Below, in pieces: positions 27,931 through 38,169 of a DNA stretch of 64,000 bases. Source of the DNA: Clostridiaceae bacterium (lineage in GTDB: Bacteria > Bacillota > Clostridia > CAYPLH01 > DUMO01); the NCBI GenBank assembly GCA_012839865.1, contig DUMO01000072.1, forward strand, positions 1 through 64,000, in the 5' to 3' direction. Numbering within the stretch: the stretch's first letter is position 1; the number at the start of each line of letters is the position of its first letter. The translations under genes and the position numbers were made by a program. Below the pieces are notes generated by a model. The model saw only the letters and a program-made list of their open reading frames with translations. It was not told the origin of the DNA and searched no databases.

Positions 27931-29463
27931 ATGAAGCTCGAAATAATGGATACCACCTTGAGAGACGGGGAACAAACCCCGGGTGTATCTTTTACCGATA
28001 GTGAAAAATTTAATATTGCCAGAATGCTGCTGGAAGAAGTAAAAGTGGATCGTATTGAAGTGGGCTCTGCAAGAGTTTCCCAGGGAGAGATGTGGTCCGT
28101 TAAGAGAATAACCGAATGGGCACACCACAAAGGTTTGCTGGATAAGGTGGAAGTGCTGGGCTTTGTTGACGGAACAAGGTCCCTGGAATGGATATATGAA
28201 GCAGGTGCCAGAGTGCTCAACCTGCTTTGCAAAGGCTCACTGAAGCATGTTACCACCCAGCTTGGCAAAACGCCGGAAGAACATATTGCCGATATTAAAA
28301 AGGTAATAGCAAAGGCCTGTGAAATGGGCATCGAAGTGAATGTTTACCTTGAAGACTGGTCCGGTGGCATGAAAAATTCAAAAGACTATGTATTTAACAT
28401 GGTTGAAAAATTAAAAGGTGAAAAAATCGAACGGTTCATGCTGCCTGATACCCTTGGAATTCTAAATCCGGATGAGACTTTTGAATATTGCAGCGAAATG
28501 ATTAAGAGATTTCCAGACCTTAAGTTTGATTTTCACGCCCATAATGATTATGACCTGGCTGTGGCAAATTCTCTTATGGCGGTCAAAGCGGGAGTTCAGG
28601 GTATTCATACTACTGTCAACGGCCTCGGGGAAAGAACAGGCAATGCGGCATTGTCGAGCGTGGCAGCCTCTCTAAACGACCATTTGAATGTAAAGCTGAA
28701 TATCGATGAGAAAAAGCTTATAACAATAAGCAAAATTGTAGAAGCATTTTCGGGCATGAGAATTCCAAGCAACAAGCCCATTATTGGAGAAAATGTGTTT
28801 ACCCAATGCTGCGGTGTACATGCCGATGGTGATTCAAAGGGCAAATTGTACTTTAACAGGCTGGAGCCGGAACGATTTGGCCGAACAAGACATTATGCCC
28901 TAGGCAAGACGTCGGGCAAGGCCAGTGTTGTTAAAAACCTTGAGGAGCTTGGAATACACCTTGACAAGGAAGCTGTTGAAAAAATTACTCAAAGGATTGT
29001 TGAGCTGGGAGATAAAAAGGAGTATATTACAACAGAGGACCTTCCCTACATTATTTCTGATGTTCTGAAGAACCATTTGATTGGCGGCAAGATATCAATA
29101 AAGAATTATTATATATGCCATGCCAAGGAGTTGTGTCCTGTAGCTACTTTAAGCATTGAAATAGAAGGGGAGGTTTACGAAGAAACCTCTACCGGTGACG
29201 GTCAATACGATGCCTTCATGAAAGCTTTGACGAAAGTTTACAACAAGCTTGGCAGAAAGCTTCCAAGCCTTGTTGACTATGCCGTGGTAATACCTCCCGG
29301 AGGCAATACCAATGCCCTGGTTGAGACAACAATATCCTGGCAGTACGAAGGCAGGGTGTTTAAGACAAGGGGTCTTGATTCGGACCAGACGGCATCGGCT
29401 ATCAAAGCTACTGTAAAAATGCTGAACCTTGTAAATGATGAGAATATTTTTTATCATAAATAA
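27931..29463 (+). CDS. cimA: (R)-citramalate synthase (LeuA/CimA family, Leptospira/Bacteroidetes-like type)
   Basis: DTTLRDGEQ, LNLLCKGS, VYLEDWS, FHAHND, NGLGERTGN, GVHADGD, YALGKTSGKAS and a C-terminal regulatory domain (GDGQYDAF); these motifs recall Leptospira CimA rather than LeuA. Confidence 0.75.
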   Translation: MKLEIMDTTLRDGEQTPGVSFTDSEKFNIARMLLEEVKVDRIEVGSARVSQGEMWSVKRITEWAHHKGLLDKVEVLGFVDGTRSLEWIYEAGARVLNLLCKGSLKHVTTQLGKTPEEHIADIKKVIAKACEMGIEVNVYLEDWSGGMKNSKDYVFNMVEKLKGEKIERFMLPDTLGILNPDETFEYCSEMIKRFPDLKFDFHAHNDYDLAVANSLMAVKAGVQGIHTTVNGLGERTGNAALSSVAASLNDHLNVKLNIDEKKLITISKIVEAFSGMRIPSNKPIIGENVFTQCCGVHADGDSKGKLYFNRLEPERFGRTRHYALGKTSGKASVVKNLEELGIHLDKEAVEKITQRIVELGDKKEYITTEDLPYIISDVLKNHLIGGKISIKNYYICHAKELCPVATLSIEIEGEVYEETSTGDGQYDAFMKALTKVYNKLGRKLPSLVDYAVVIPPGGNTNALVETTISWQYEGRVFKTRGLDSDQTASAIKATVKMLNLVNDENIFYHK

Positions 29464-29680
29464 CAAGGATTATTAGTATAACACTTTAGATACGACATAA
29501 GATGATAATCAAAGCCTGTCATCAGAATTTTAACGGAATGTTAAATCAAACCCGGACTTTGATTCGCACTCTTTTGCAGTATAAAGATTAACTTTGCAAA
29601 ACCCGGCCGAAAGCCCTTGGCTTTTAGTCACTCAGGGTGAAGGCTTGTTTAAAAAAAGCAGCTTTTGGAAGGAGATTAGC

Positions 29681-30892
29681 ATGAATAACAAAATAAAAAT
29701 GAATGTGCCCCTGGTGGAAATAGATGGGGATGAGATGACAAGAATAATATGGCAAATGCTGAAGGACATTCTTATTAGCCCTTATCTGGATTTAAAGACA
29801 GAATATTATGATCTTGGGCTTCCGGAAAGAGACAGGACCAATGACCAGATTACAGTTGATGCAGCCAATGCCATAAAGAAGTACGGTGTGGGAGTAAAAT
29901 GCGCAACGATTACTCCTGATGCGGGAAGAATCAAAGAATACAATCTTAAAAAAATGTGGAAAAGCCCCAATGCGACAATCAGGGCAATTCTGGACGGTAC
30001 GGTTTTCAGGGCTCCGATTCTTGTGGAGGGTATCAGGCCTTATGTAAGCACGTGGAAAAAGCCTATAACCATTGCAAGACATGCTTACGGGGATATTTAT
30101 AAAAGTGTGGAATACAGTAATGGGAAGGCTGGAAAAGCTGAACTGGTTTTCACATCTGAGGACGGAAGTGAAATTTCAAGACAGACAATTCACGAGTTTG
30201 ACGGACCTGGCATTGTAATGGGAATGCATAACACCGACAAATCCATCAAGAGTTTTGCCAGGGCATGCTTCAACTATGCTCTTGACCAAAAGCAGGATCT
30301 GTGGTTTTCATCCAAGCAGACCATATCCAAAATCTATGACCACAGGTTTATGGATATTTTTAAGGAAATGTACGAGACTGAATATAGGGAAAAGTTCGAG
30401 AAGGCAGGAATTGAGTATTTTTATACTTTGATAGATGATGCGGTTGCCCGCATTATAAGGTCCGAAGGCGGAATGATATGGGCTTGCAAGAATTATGACG
30501 GCGACGTCATGTCGGATATGGTAGCTACAGCCTTTGGAAGCCTTGCCATGATGACATCGGTTCTTGTGTCTCCTGAAGGACACTATGAATATGAGGCCGC
30601 CCATGGTACGGTTACAAGACATTACTACAAGCACCTGAAAGGTGAAGAAACATCCACAAACTCGATTGCGACACTGTTTGCATGGACCGGGGCACTGAAG
30701 AAGCGTGGAGAACTGGACGGTAATAATGAGCTTGCAAGCTTTGCAAAGAATCTTGAAGCGGCTGCTCTTAAGACAATAGAGAGCGGTATTATGACAAAGG
30801 ATCTTTATATACTTTCCGAACTGCCTGACAAAAAAGCGGTTAACACCAGGGAGTTCCTGGAGGAAATAAAACTCAGACTTGAGTGGAATTAG
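29681..30892 (+). CDS. icd: NADP-dependent isocitrate dehydrogenase (eukaryote-like type II homodimer)
   Basis: [41 protein letters not shown] and [10 protein letters not shown]; start at ATG 29681 (RBS GGAGA). Confidence 0.95.
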   Translation: MNNKIKMNVPLVEIDGDEMTRIIWQMLKDILISPYLDLKTEYYDLGLPERDRTNDQITVDAANAIKKYGVGVKCATITPDAGRIKEYNLKKMWKSPNATIRAILDGTVFRAPILVEGIRPYVSTWKKPITIARHAYGDIYKSVEYSNGKAGKAELVFTSEDGSEISRQTIHEFDGPGIVMGMHNTDKSIKSFARACFNYALDQKQDLWFSSKQTISKIYDHRFMDIFKEMYETEYREKFEKAGIEYFYTLIDDAVARIIRSEGGMIWACKNYDGDVMSDMVATAFGSLAMMTSVLVSPEGHYEYEAAHGTVTRHYYKHLKGEETSTNSIATLFAWTGALKKRGELDGNNELASFAKNLEAAALKTIESGIMTKDLYILSELPDKKAVNTREFLEEIKLRLEWN

Positions 30893-30938
30893 TGGAACTG
30901 CATTAGATTGATGCAATGTGTGCAGAAATATAACAATC

Positions 30939-31150
30939 TAAAATGAATGTGTGCAGAATATAACAAGGCTATTGTTTTGAGAAAACCAACGGTTCGCTGA
31001 AGGCAAAAATGCTACCGCTTTTTACTCGCCATCCCTGGCTTAAAAAAGCTAAAAAAACGTCCTGTTTTTTTCACGCATTTTTGCCTTCATCTTACCTGGT
31101 TTTCTGTTAAAACAAAGCCAATTGTTATATTTCTGCACACATTCATTTTA
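30939..31150. mobile_element. MITE-like element, copy 2 (about 28-bp terminal inverted repeats, left end duplicated)
   Basis: TAAAATGAATGTGTGCAGAATATAACAA versus TTGTTATATTTCTGCACACATTCATTTTA; an extra copy of the left arm at 30916-30937; core shared with copy 1. Confidence 0.75.
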
Positions 31151-31462
31151 TATAGAATTGTACAAAACCACCGGGGTGGAGCAGGCAAAGAAGGGTATTA
31201 TTTGCAGTAAAAGGCTTGAGTATGGTATAATATGATTGTCTTTCTTGAGGGTTGCCAGGCGGCTTTTGAGAGACAATCATTTTTATTGTACGGTAATTTT
31301 GAGCAAGATTATTCCCAAAATGCAAGTTGGGTTGACCACAAGTGCAATATGCGTCATGTTTGCGGATTGGTTTGCATTTATCAAGACTGTCCATACAGGT
31401 ACATGCTGTGATTGCTTGATTGTGCAAATTCAGCTTGCGGTTGTAAAAAGGGGTGTAGAATT

Positions 31463-33598
31463 TTGAAAAAGGCTTTATGCGTTATATTATGTATTTCAAT
31501 GCTGTTTCTTATGGCCGGGTGCGGAGATGACAAAGAGTCTGACGCAACCAAGCCAAACCAGACAACCGGCACCGGACAAAGTTCAGGCCGGGAGACTTCG
31601 GGAAATAACGGGGATGGCACAAGTACCACAACAAAAGGTGATTCAGGTACGGTGACTGCCTCCGGAAAGCCTGAAGATGCTTTTAGATTATATCTTGACT
31701 ACTGGGTCAACAATGAATTCGCTAAAATGTACGATATGCTGGCTGATTTTCCCAAAAGCAAGATTACTTCGGAGAATTTTATACAAAAGTACACGGATAT
31801 TCATGAACGGCTGGATGTTTCGATAACGGTTGCCGAGGTTGTTCCACCGGTTGTAAACGACCCAGTAGATAAAAATCGTGCAGTAGTTCCATATAAGGTT
31901 ACAATTCAGACAATAGCAGGCGAAATAAGCTATGAGTCAAATGCTCCCATGCTGAAAAATTCCCAGGGAGTCTGGAAGGTGGAATGGACTACAAGAATGA
32001 TTTTCCCGGATCTTGCTGAAGGAGATACCGTGGCAATCAGGGTATTGAAAGGAAAACGGGGAGAAATAATGGACAGGAACGGGCTTCCCCTTGCAATAAA
32101 CGGAAAGTTGGCCAACGTGGGTCTTGTACCTGAAAGGTTGCCTGAAGATGCTACAGAAATCAAGAAAACGGTGGCGCAAATTTTGGAGACAACGGTTGAG
32201 GACATCGACAGGAAGCTAAATGCTTCATATGTAAGACCATATATGTTCGTTCCTATTAAGGAAATACCGTCTGAAGAGACGGAGAAAATAAACATGCTGA
32301 ATCAAATTCCGGGTGTAATGATACAGACCTCGGAAGTCAGGGCTTATCCTCTTAAAGAAATGGCAGCCCACCTGACAGGATATGTTCAGGTGGTTAATGA
32401 AGAGGATGTTAAAAAAGGTTACATGAAGGATGAATATGTGGGAAGAACTGGGCTGGAGCTCGCATACGAGGAGCAATTAAGACCTAGACACGGTTGCGAA
32501 ATATATATCGCTGACAGCCATGGTTACAGCAAAAAGGTGCTTGCAAGAAAAGAAGCACAAAACGGTGAGGATGTACAGCTGACTATTGACACCGAAGTGC
32601 AGGCAGCCCTTTATGAACAGCTTAAAGAAGACTGGGGAACGGGTGTAGCCATTAACCCAAAGACGGGAGAGGTCCTTGCCTTAGTAAGCACTCCGGCATA
32701 TGACCCCAACAAGTTTGTAACAGGTTTTTCGGGAGGCGAATGGAACGAATTGTCCAACAACCCCGGCCGTCCTTTGTTCAACCGTTTACAGGCAACTTTC
32801 TGCCCGGGCTCCATATTCAAGCCTGTAACAGCAGCAATCGCCCTGGAAAACGGTGTAATTACTCCTGAAACCGAGAAAACCATAGAGGGATTGAGGTGGC
32901 AGAGGCATGCCGGCTGGGGCGGATACTATGTAAAAAGAGTCTCCGAGTACCCGAATCCTTCAAATCTCGAAAAGGCACTTGTTTATTCCGATAATATCTT
33001 TTTTGCCCAGCTGGCATTGGAAATCGGAAACGAAAAAATGCTTGAAGGAGTTGAAAAGTTTGGTTTCGGGGAACAGCTGCCATTTGATTTTACTCTTAAC
33101 AAGTCGCAGTTTGACGGAGACGGAGTTGTAAAAAGTGAAATCCAGCTTGCTGACAGTGGATACGGACAGGGTGAAATTCTTGTAAATCCTGTGCATCTTG
33201 CGGCAATTTTGAGTTCCTTTGTAAACGAAGGGAATATTCCACTTCCATATATTAAAAATGTGGAAGGGTACAAGGGAGAAATCTGGAAGCAAAATGCATT
33301 CTCAAAGGAAACAGCTGATACCATTCTCGACTGCTTGAAGCAGGTTGTACTAAATCCGGAAGGTACCGGCCATGAGGCATACATTGAAGGGCTAAGCCTG
33401 GCTGCCAAAACAGGTACAGGCGAGCTCAAAGGCGGCGGATCTGTCGGGGGAGATGAACTGGGCTGGTTTGCTGCAGTTAATACCGACGAACCGGAACTTC
33501 TGGTGCTTGCAATGGTTGAAAAGGTTCAGGGAAGAGGCGGAAGCCATTATGTAGTCCCGATGGTCAGGAATGTATTTGAGCAAGTTTTTAAGAAGTAA
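31463..33598 (+). CDS. Lipoprotein class B penicillin-binding protein (MecA_N/NTF2-like + dimerisation + transpeptidase)
   Basis: Lipobox LMAGC; KRGEIMDRNG, GRTGLE, SxxK (GSIFK), SxN (SDN) and KTG motifs; start moved to TTG 31463. Confidence 0.9.
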   Translation: MKKALCVILCISMLFLMAGCGDDKESDATKPNQTTGTGQSSGRETSGNNGDGTSTTTKGDSGTVTASGKPEDAFRLYLDYWVNNEFAKMYDMLADFPKSKITSENFIQKYTDIHERLDVSITVAEVVPPVVNDPVDKNRAVVPYKVTIQTIAGEISYESNAPMLKNSQGVWKVEWTTRMIFPDLAEGDTVAIRVLKGKRGEIMDRNGLPLAINGKLANVGLVPERLPEDATEIKKTVAQILETTVEDIDRKLNASYVRPYMFVPIKEIPSEETEKINMLNQIPGVMIQTSEVRAYPLKEMAAHLTGYVQVVNEEDVKKGYMKDEYVGRTGLELAYEEQLRPRHGCEIYIADSHGYSKKVLARKEAQNGEDVQLTIDTEVQAALYEQLKEDWGTGVAINPKTGEVLALVSTPAYDPNKFVTGFSGGEWNELSNNPGRPLFNRLQATFCPGSIFKPVTAAIALENGVITPETEKTIEGLRWQRHAGWGGYYVKRVSEYPNPSNLEKALVYSDNIFFAQLALEIGNEKMLEGVEKFGFGEQLPFDFTLNKSQFDGDGVVKSEIQLADSGYGQGEILVNPVHLAAILSSFVNEGNIPLPYIKNVEGYKGEIWKQNAFSKETADTILDCLKQVVLNPEGTGHEAYIEGLSLAAKTGTGELKGGGSVGGDELGWFAAVNTDEPELLVLAMVEKVQGRGGSHYVVPMVRNVFEQVFKK

Positions 33599-33622
33599 TA
33601 TTCAATTTGATTTATGTATAAT

Positions 33623-33658
33623 AAAAGCTATGCAGTGGTTTTAAACTGCATAGCTTTT
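33623..33658. terminator. Bidirectional terminator between the PBP gene and serC
   Basis: AAAAGCTATGCAGT...ACTGCATAGCTTTT perfect inverted repeat between convergent genes. Confidence 0.85.
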
Positions 33659-33765
33659 TAAATGCATTCTTCAAATCTTGCTGTATTTGGTTTTTTTGAA
33701 TAATACGGTCAGCATTTATGGTTATGCGTTTTTGGCCGGTGTCCAGCCTTAAGTTTTTAAATTTA

Positions 33766-34848
33766 TTATGAATTTTCCTTTTCAAACTTCTCCATAAATT
33801 CAACCAGTGTTTTTACCGCTTCATACGGCATTGCATTATATATGCTTGCCCTTATTCCGCCTACAAGCCTGTGGCCTTTTAATGATCCCAGCCCAACAGC
33901 GCTTGCCTCTTTGACAAATTTATCAGTCAGCTCATCATTTGGCAGCCTGAAAGTAACATTCATCAATGAGCGGTCTTTTTTTGCCGCAGTGGGTTTGTAT
34001 AATTTTGAATTATCAAGATAGTCATACAAAAGGGCTGCTTTCTTTTCATTTATTTTTTGGAGTTCCTTTACTCCTCCTTGTTCCTTTACCCATTCAAGAA
34101 CAAGCTTTAGAATATATATCCCGTATGTCGGAGGAGTATTGTACATTGAGCCTGCTTCCGCATGAATTTTATAGTTCAGCATTGTAGGAGTAAAATCCAT
34201 TGCGTTTCCGATCAAATCCTCACGTACTATTACAACCGTTGTGCCTGAAGGACCAAGGTTCTTTTGAGCTCCTGCATATATAAGACCCAACTTTTTCACA
34301 TCGTATGCCTGTGAAAGAATATTGGAGGACATGTCTGCCACAAGGGGTACATCACCTGTATCGGGCAGAGTTGTGTACCGTGTCCCGAAAATTGTATTAT
34401 TTGTTGTGATGTGCACATAATCCGCGTCTGGTGTAAGCCTGCTTTTGTCAAGCTCGGGAATATAAGAGAAGTTTTGGTCTTCTGAAGATGCCGGTACATT
34501 GATTTCTCCGTATCGTTTTGCCTCCTGCATGGCCTTTTTGGCAAAGTATCCTGTTACTATATAGTCTGCCTTTTTGCTTTTATTAAGCAGGTTCAAGGGA
34601 ACCATGGCAAATTGGGTGGAAGCTCCGCCCTGCAAGAATAAGACCTTGTAATTTTCAGGTATTTCCATGATTTCACGCATAAGCTCTTCTGCTTTATTAA
34701 TGATTGCCTCATATGCCTTTGAGCGATGGCTCATCTCCATGACCGACATGCCTGTGCCGTTATAGTCCAGCAATTCCGCCTGCGCTTTTTCCAACACCGA
34801 TAAAGGCAGCATGGAAGGACCTGCTGCAAAATTGTATATTCTTTTCAT
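33766..34848 (-). CDS. serC: Phosphoserine aminotransferase
   Basis: YNFAAGPS, SVMEMSHRS, LQGGAS, YAGAQKNLGP (PLP Lys), YNTPPT and GHRLVGGIRAS; start at ATG 34848 (RBS GGAGG). Confidence 0.96.
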   Translation of the reverse strand: MKRIYNFAAGPSMLPLSVLEKAQAELLDYNGTGMSVMEMSHRSKAYEAIINKAEELMREIMEIPENYKVLFLQGGASTQFAMVPLNLLNKSKKADYIVTGYFAKKAMQEAKRYGEINVPASSEDQNFSYIPELDKSRLTPDADYVHITTNNTIFGTRYTTLPDTGDVPLVADMSSNILSQAYDVKKLGLIYAGAQKNLGPSGTTVVIVREDLIGNAMDFTPTMLNYKIHAEAGSMYNTPPTYGIYILKLVLEWVKEQGGVKELQKINEKKAALLYDYLDNSKLYKPTAAKKDRSLMNVTFRLPNDELTDKFVKEASAVGLGSLKGHRLVGGIRASIYNAMPYEAVKTLVEFMEKFEKENS

Positions 34849-35108
34849 TTTTATACCTCCTGCTTTATAAATATGCATAAATTCACGTTGTTTAATGCCC
34901 AAGATGAAATCATACAAGTCATTTAAATATTCGGAACAAAATAAGCATGTTCCCGGCTTGTTAAAATTCTTCCCCGAAAAACAAGAATTGTTACCGCGGA
35001 GAATTATAATATTAACATTATACAACAGATATGTATTTGTATACAATAACTTTGTTAAAAAATAGACAACAGTTGGGACAGGATACCTCACCCTGCGTCT
35101 CAGGTAAT

Positions 35109-35310
35109 TATTTCGTGAACAACATCTCTGATACAGCTTTTACAGCAAGGCTTAGGAAAACACAGTATAAAATGTCTTGGAATCTTAGTAATGTCCGCGT
35201 GTTTGAGCGAAGCGAGTTCGCGGAATTACTTAGATGACAAGGCATTTTATACTGGCAGGTTTCCTTGCCGATGCTGTACTGCTGTATCAGAGATGGTTGT
35301 TCATGAAATA
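35109..35310. repeat. About 200-nt imperfect palindrome (fold-back element)
   Basis: Nested arms: 35110-35137 pairs with 35281-35309; CAGTATAAAATG (35163) pairs with CATTTTATACTG (35254); CCGCG/CGCGG closes a loop containing GAGCGAAGCGAG. Confidence 0.8.
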
Positions 35311-35397
35311 TAAAAGTGGTGGCATTTTATTTCTGGTTCCATTTATGTGGGACCAGGGAACAAAAGAGGGACAAGGTACCTGCCCCACTGTCCCGAT

Positions 35398-37155
35398 TTA
35401 TGGTCTTGCTTCATCCATTATTTCATCGGGGTCAAAAAGGTCGAGAAGAGTTTCCTTTTGATACCTGAATGCTATGCCGTCCATGTGGCGCCTGTCAAGA
35501 AGAAGGCCCTTTGCCCTGTACTGGGTATATGATGTGGGGCCGACAGCGCAAAAAATGCGAAAGCCTTTATCGTAAAGCATGTTGAACTTGTTTTCGTTAT
35601 ATTTTACGCTGCTGCCGAAGGGATAAATATATACCTGGGTTTTCCCTAACAGGGACTCAACCTCTTCTATCCAGCGGTTGGTATCCCTTTCAAGAGTCTC
35701 ATATTTTATCGATGCTGCATCCAGGTGTCCGTAGCCATGACATGCGAAGGTCCAACCGGTCTCCTTTAATTTTTGTATCAAGGGGAGGACGGCTTTTTGC
35801 TCCTCCTCGCGATTGGGAGAGTCTTTATGGGTCCTGTATCCCAATACTCCTTCATAACCAGTCAGCGCAATGATGCCCTTGGCACCGTTAAAGGAAAAAT
35901 CAGGGTGCTCAAGTACAAATTCATCAAGAATAGGGACAATGTCGTTATCATAAGATATAATTTTTTCACCGTTTTGTTCTGTAAGGGTGGCAACTTTCCC
36001 TTCGTCAGTTATAACAAGTTTGTGAACCATTCCATTTCCTATCATGTATTCATAGTAGTTCATATCATCTATTGAAATAACCAGCGGTTTCTTGCCCTCG
36101 GGCAGGAACAGCTTTTTTCTTTTAACAACGGTTTCGCCGTTTTCCTCAACTTCCTCAATCATTGTGTTAATGTCAATCAGTATAAAATCCTTGGCATAAA
36201 GGTTTTCCAGAATCTTTTTGAATTCCTTGACCGTCACAAAGTAATCGTCAAAGCCCTGGGCCTGATAATCGTTGTCAAAAGCCTGTTCGGGATATGCAAT
36301 AAGGGGATGGAAGAATATGTGCTCAACAATTCCTTTGTATTCAACCAGTGTTTTTTGCTGCCATTCTTTTTCCAGTTGGCTTATCAGTTCTTTCTTTTCA
36401 GTCAGTCTATTCATGTCCGGGAAAAAGCCCAATGCTTCATCAAGCAGTTTCCGTGCTTCAGTAAAGTTATTATTTTCAATCAGACTGTCTATTCCGGAAC
36501 AAAACTGCTCCAGCGCTGATTCCCTGCACTGTTCAATGTATTCCAGAGACCTGGAATAAAAATGGACATCACTCTTTGGTACACTTTCAAATCCGGCAAT
36601 TGCATTAATGTAGCTGCCGTTGTTCATATTCTGAAGCGCTTGATTGAATTGGTCTCTTCCAAGCTGGATTTCATTTATTTTGCGAATATTTTCATCCGGA
36701 TTTGAAAACCCAGCTAAAGACATGGAATTAAAATAGTTTAAGGCGGTATTATAGTCAATATGTTCATTTATATATAATTCAATTGTTTTTTCAAATTCCG
36801 TATTTATAAAATCACTGATCTCATTCTCAAAAGCGGCTAGTTTTTCATAAGCAACTGTTTCCAAATTCTCCTTCCTCAAAAGAGCTGATGAGAATTTTGA
36901 AAACTCAGCTTCAATTATTTCTTTAAGTTTGTATTTCAAATCGCTGCCTGCGATATTGTCTTGTTCCATGTGGTTGAAAACGGCTTCTGCTTCTTCATAC
37001 TTATGTTGCCTTAACAAGTTCTCGAAAATTGATATGTTTTTGAAACCTCTTTGATTTTCATAAACCCCTATGTAAAGCATGGTTATCCATAATGGGAGCA
37101 GCATTATCAATACCAGCTTTATTGCAAACAATGGCCCTTTTTTTCCCAAGTTCAT
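35398..37155 (-). CDS. Membrane-anchored polysaccharide deacetylase-family protein with helical (TPR-like) N-terminal region
   Basis: N-terminal TM; HIFFHPLI, VISIDD, FACHGYGH and YPFG NodB-like motifs. Confidence 0.75.
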   Translation of the reverse strand: MNLGKKGPLFAIKLVLIMLLPLWITMLYIGVYENQRGFKNISIFENLLRQHKYEEAEAVFNHMEQDNIAGSDLKYKLKEIIEAEFSKFSSALLRKENLETVAYEKLAAFENEISDFINTEFEKTIELYINEHIDYNTALNYFNSMSLAGFSNPDENIRKINEIQLGRDQFNQALQNMNNGSYINAIAGFESVPKSDVHFYSRSLEYIEQCRESALEQFCSGIDSLIENNNFTEARKLLDEALGFFPDMNRLTEKKELISQLEKEWQQKTLVEYKGIVEHIFFHPLIAYPEQAFDNDYQAQGFDDYFVTVKEFKKILENLYAKDFILIDINTMIEEVEENGETVVKRKKLFLPEGKKPLVISIDDMNYYEYMIGNGMVHKLVITDEGKVATLTEQNGEKIISYDNDIVPILDEFVLEHPDFSFNGAKGIIALTGYEGVLGYRTHKDSPNREEEQKAVLPLIQKLKETGWTFACHGYGHLDAASIKYETLERDTNRWIEEVESLLGKTQVYIYPFGSSVKYNENKFNMLYDKGFRIFCAVGPTSYTQYRAKGLLLDRRHMDGIAFRYQKETLLDLFDPDEIMDEARP

Positions 37156-37431
37156 GCTTTTTACCTTTCTTCACCCGATATTAGCGCATTTGGATTCTAA
37201 AAATCATGTGCTTAATTCATATTTATTAAGCACATATTAATATTATACTATTTTATGTCAATTCAACAATCTTTGTGTCAATAACGACTTTTAAGAAAGA
37301 CGTGTTTATATAAGAAATTGTTCCGATATCGTACAGCATATCCTGGCTGTTTTCGGACCAAATATTTGAAATGGGACAAGTTGGAGTATATAATATAGTT
37401 TGTAATTAGTAAACAAAATCGGAGGAATAAT

Positions 37432-38160
37432 ATGACCTGTATGGAGATTGTCAAAAAAAATATGAACAGACTGGCTCAAAATTCGTATCCCGGACGAGGG
37501 ATAATCATTGGAATGAGCCCGGATTCGAAAAACATGATTCAGGTGTACTGGATAATGGGAAGAAGTGAGAACAGCAGGAATAGAGTTTTTATCGAAGAAA
37601 ACGGTAATGTTAAAATTGAAGCCTATGACCCTGCCAGGCTGAAGGACCCGTCCCTGGTGATTTATTATCCTGTAAGGCAGTATGAAAATAAACATATTGT
37701 AACAAACGGAGACCAGACTGATACTATTTACAACTTTTTAAAAGAAAAAACAGGGACCTTCGAAGATGCCCTGGATACCAGGACTTTTGAACCGGATGCT
37801 CCGAATTTCACTCCAAGAATTTCAGGATTGATTGACCTTGATGACAAAAATACACTCTACAGGCTGTCAATTTTAAAATCCCTCGATAATAACCCTGACA
37901 TCACTAAAAGATTTTATTTTAAATATTCAAAAGCCTTACCCGGAGCAGGCCATTTGATTCACACCTATGAATCGGACGGAAATCCGTTGCCTTCCTTTGA
38001 GGGAGAGCCATATATGGTGGAGCTTTTTAACAACATAGACCAGGTTGCCGACTTTTATTGGAACCTGTTGAATGAAGAAAACAGGGTATCCCTGCTGGTG
38101 AAGTTTATAAACCTGGAAACGAAGAAATCGGTAATAAAAATTGTAAATAAGCACAAATAA
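37432..38160 (+). CDS. IMP cyclohydrolase-like protein (PurO/Ntn-hydrolase type)
   Basis: YPGRGIIIG, YWIMGRSENSRNR, IVTNGDQTD and FEPDAPNFTPRISG match the archaeal-type PurO family pattern. Confidence 0.8.
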   Translation: MTCMEIVKKNMNRLAQNSYPGRGIIIGMSPDSKNMIQVYWIMGRSENSRNRVFIEENGNVKIEAYDPARLKDPSLVIYYPVRQYENKHIVTNGDQTDTIYNFLKEKTGTFEDALDTRTFEPDAPNFTPRISGLIDLDDKNTLYRLSILKSLDNNPDITKRFYFKYSKALPGAGHLIHTYESDGNPLPSFEGEPYMVELFNNIDQVADFYWNLLNEENRVSLLVKFINLETKKSVIKIVNKHK

Positions 38161-38169
38161 ATTTACAAG

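Noticed and set aside
27931..29463. Annotation as leuA
   Set aside because: Active-site region motifs resemble CimA more than isopropylmalate synthase and no leu genes are adjacent; not formally excluded without a phylogeny.
29594..29680. Structured leader before icd
   Set aside because: Only short, weak stems and no terminator; the ORF-track N-terminal extension is likewise unsupported because the RBS sits at 29681.
34849..35091. T-box leader for serC and the N-terminal ORF extension to 35091
   Set aside because: No T-box consensus or terminator seen; a strong RBS marks ATG 34848.
37260..37431. ZTP (pfl) riboswitch before the IMP cyclohydrolase
   Set aside because: No conserved ZTP motifs or 3' pseudoknot partner visible.
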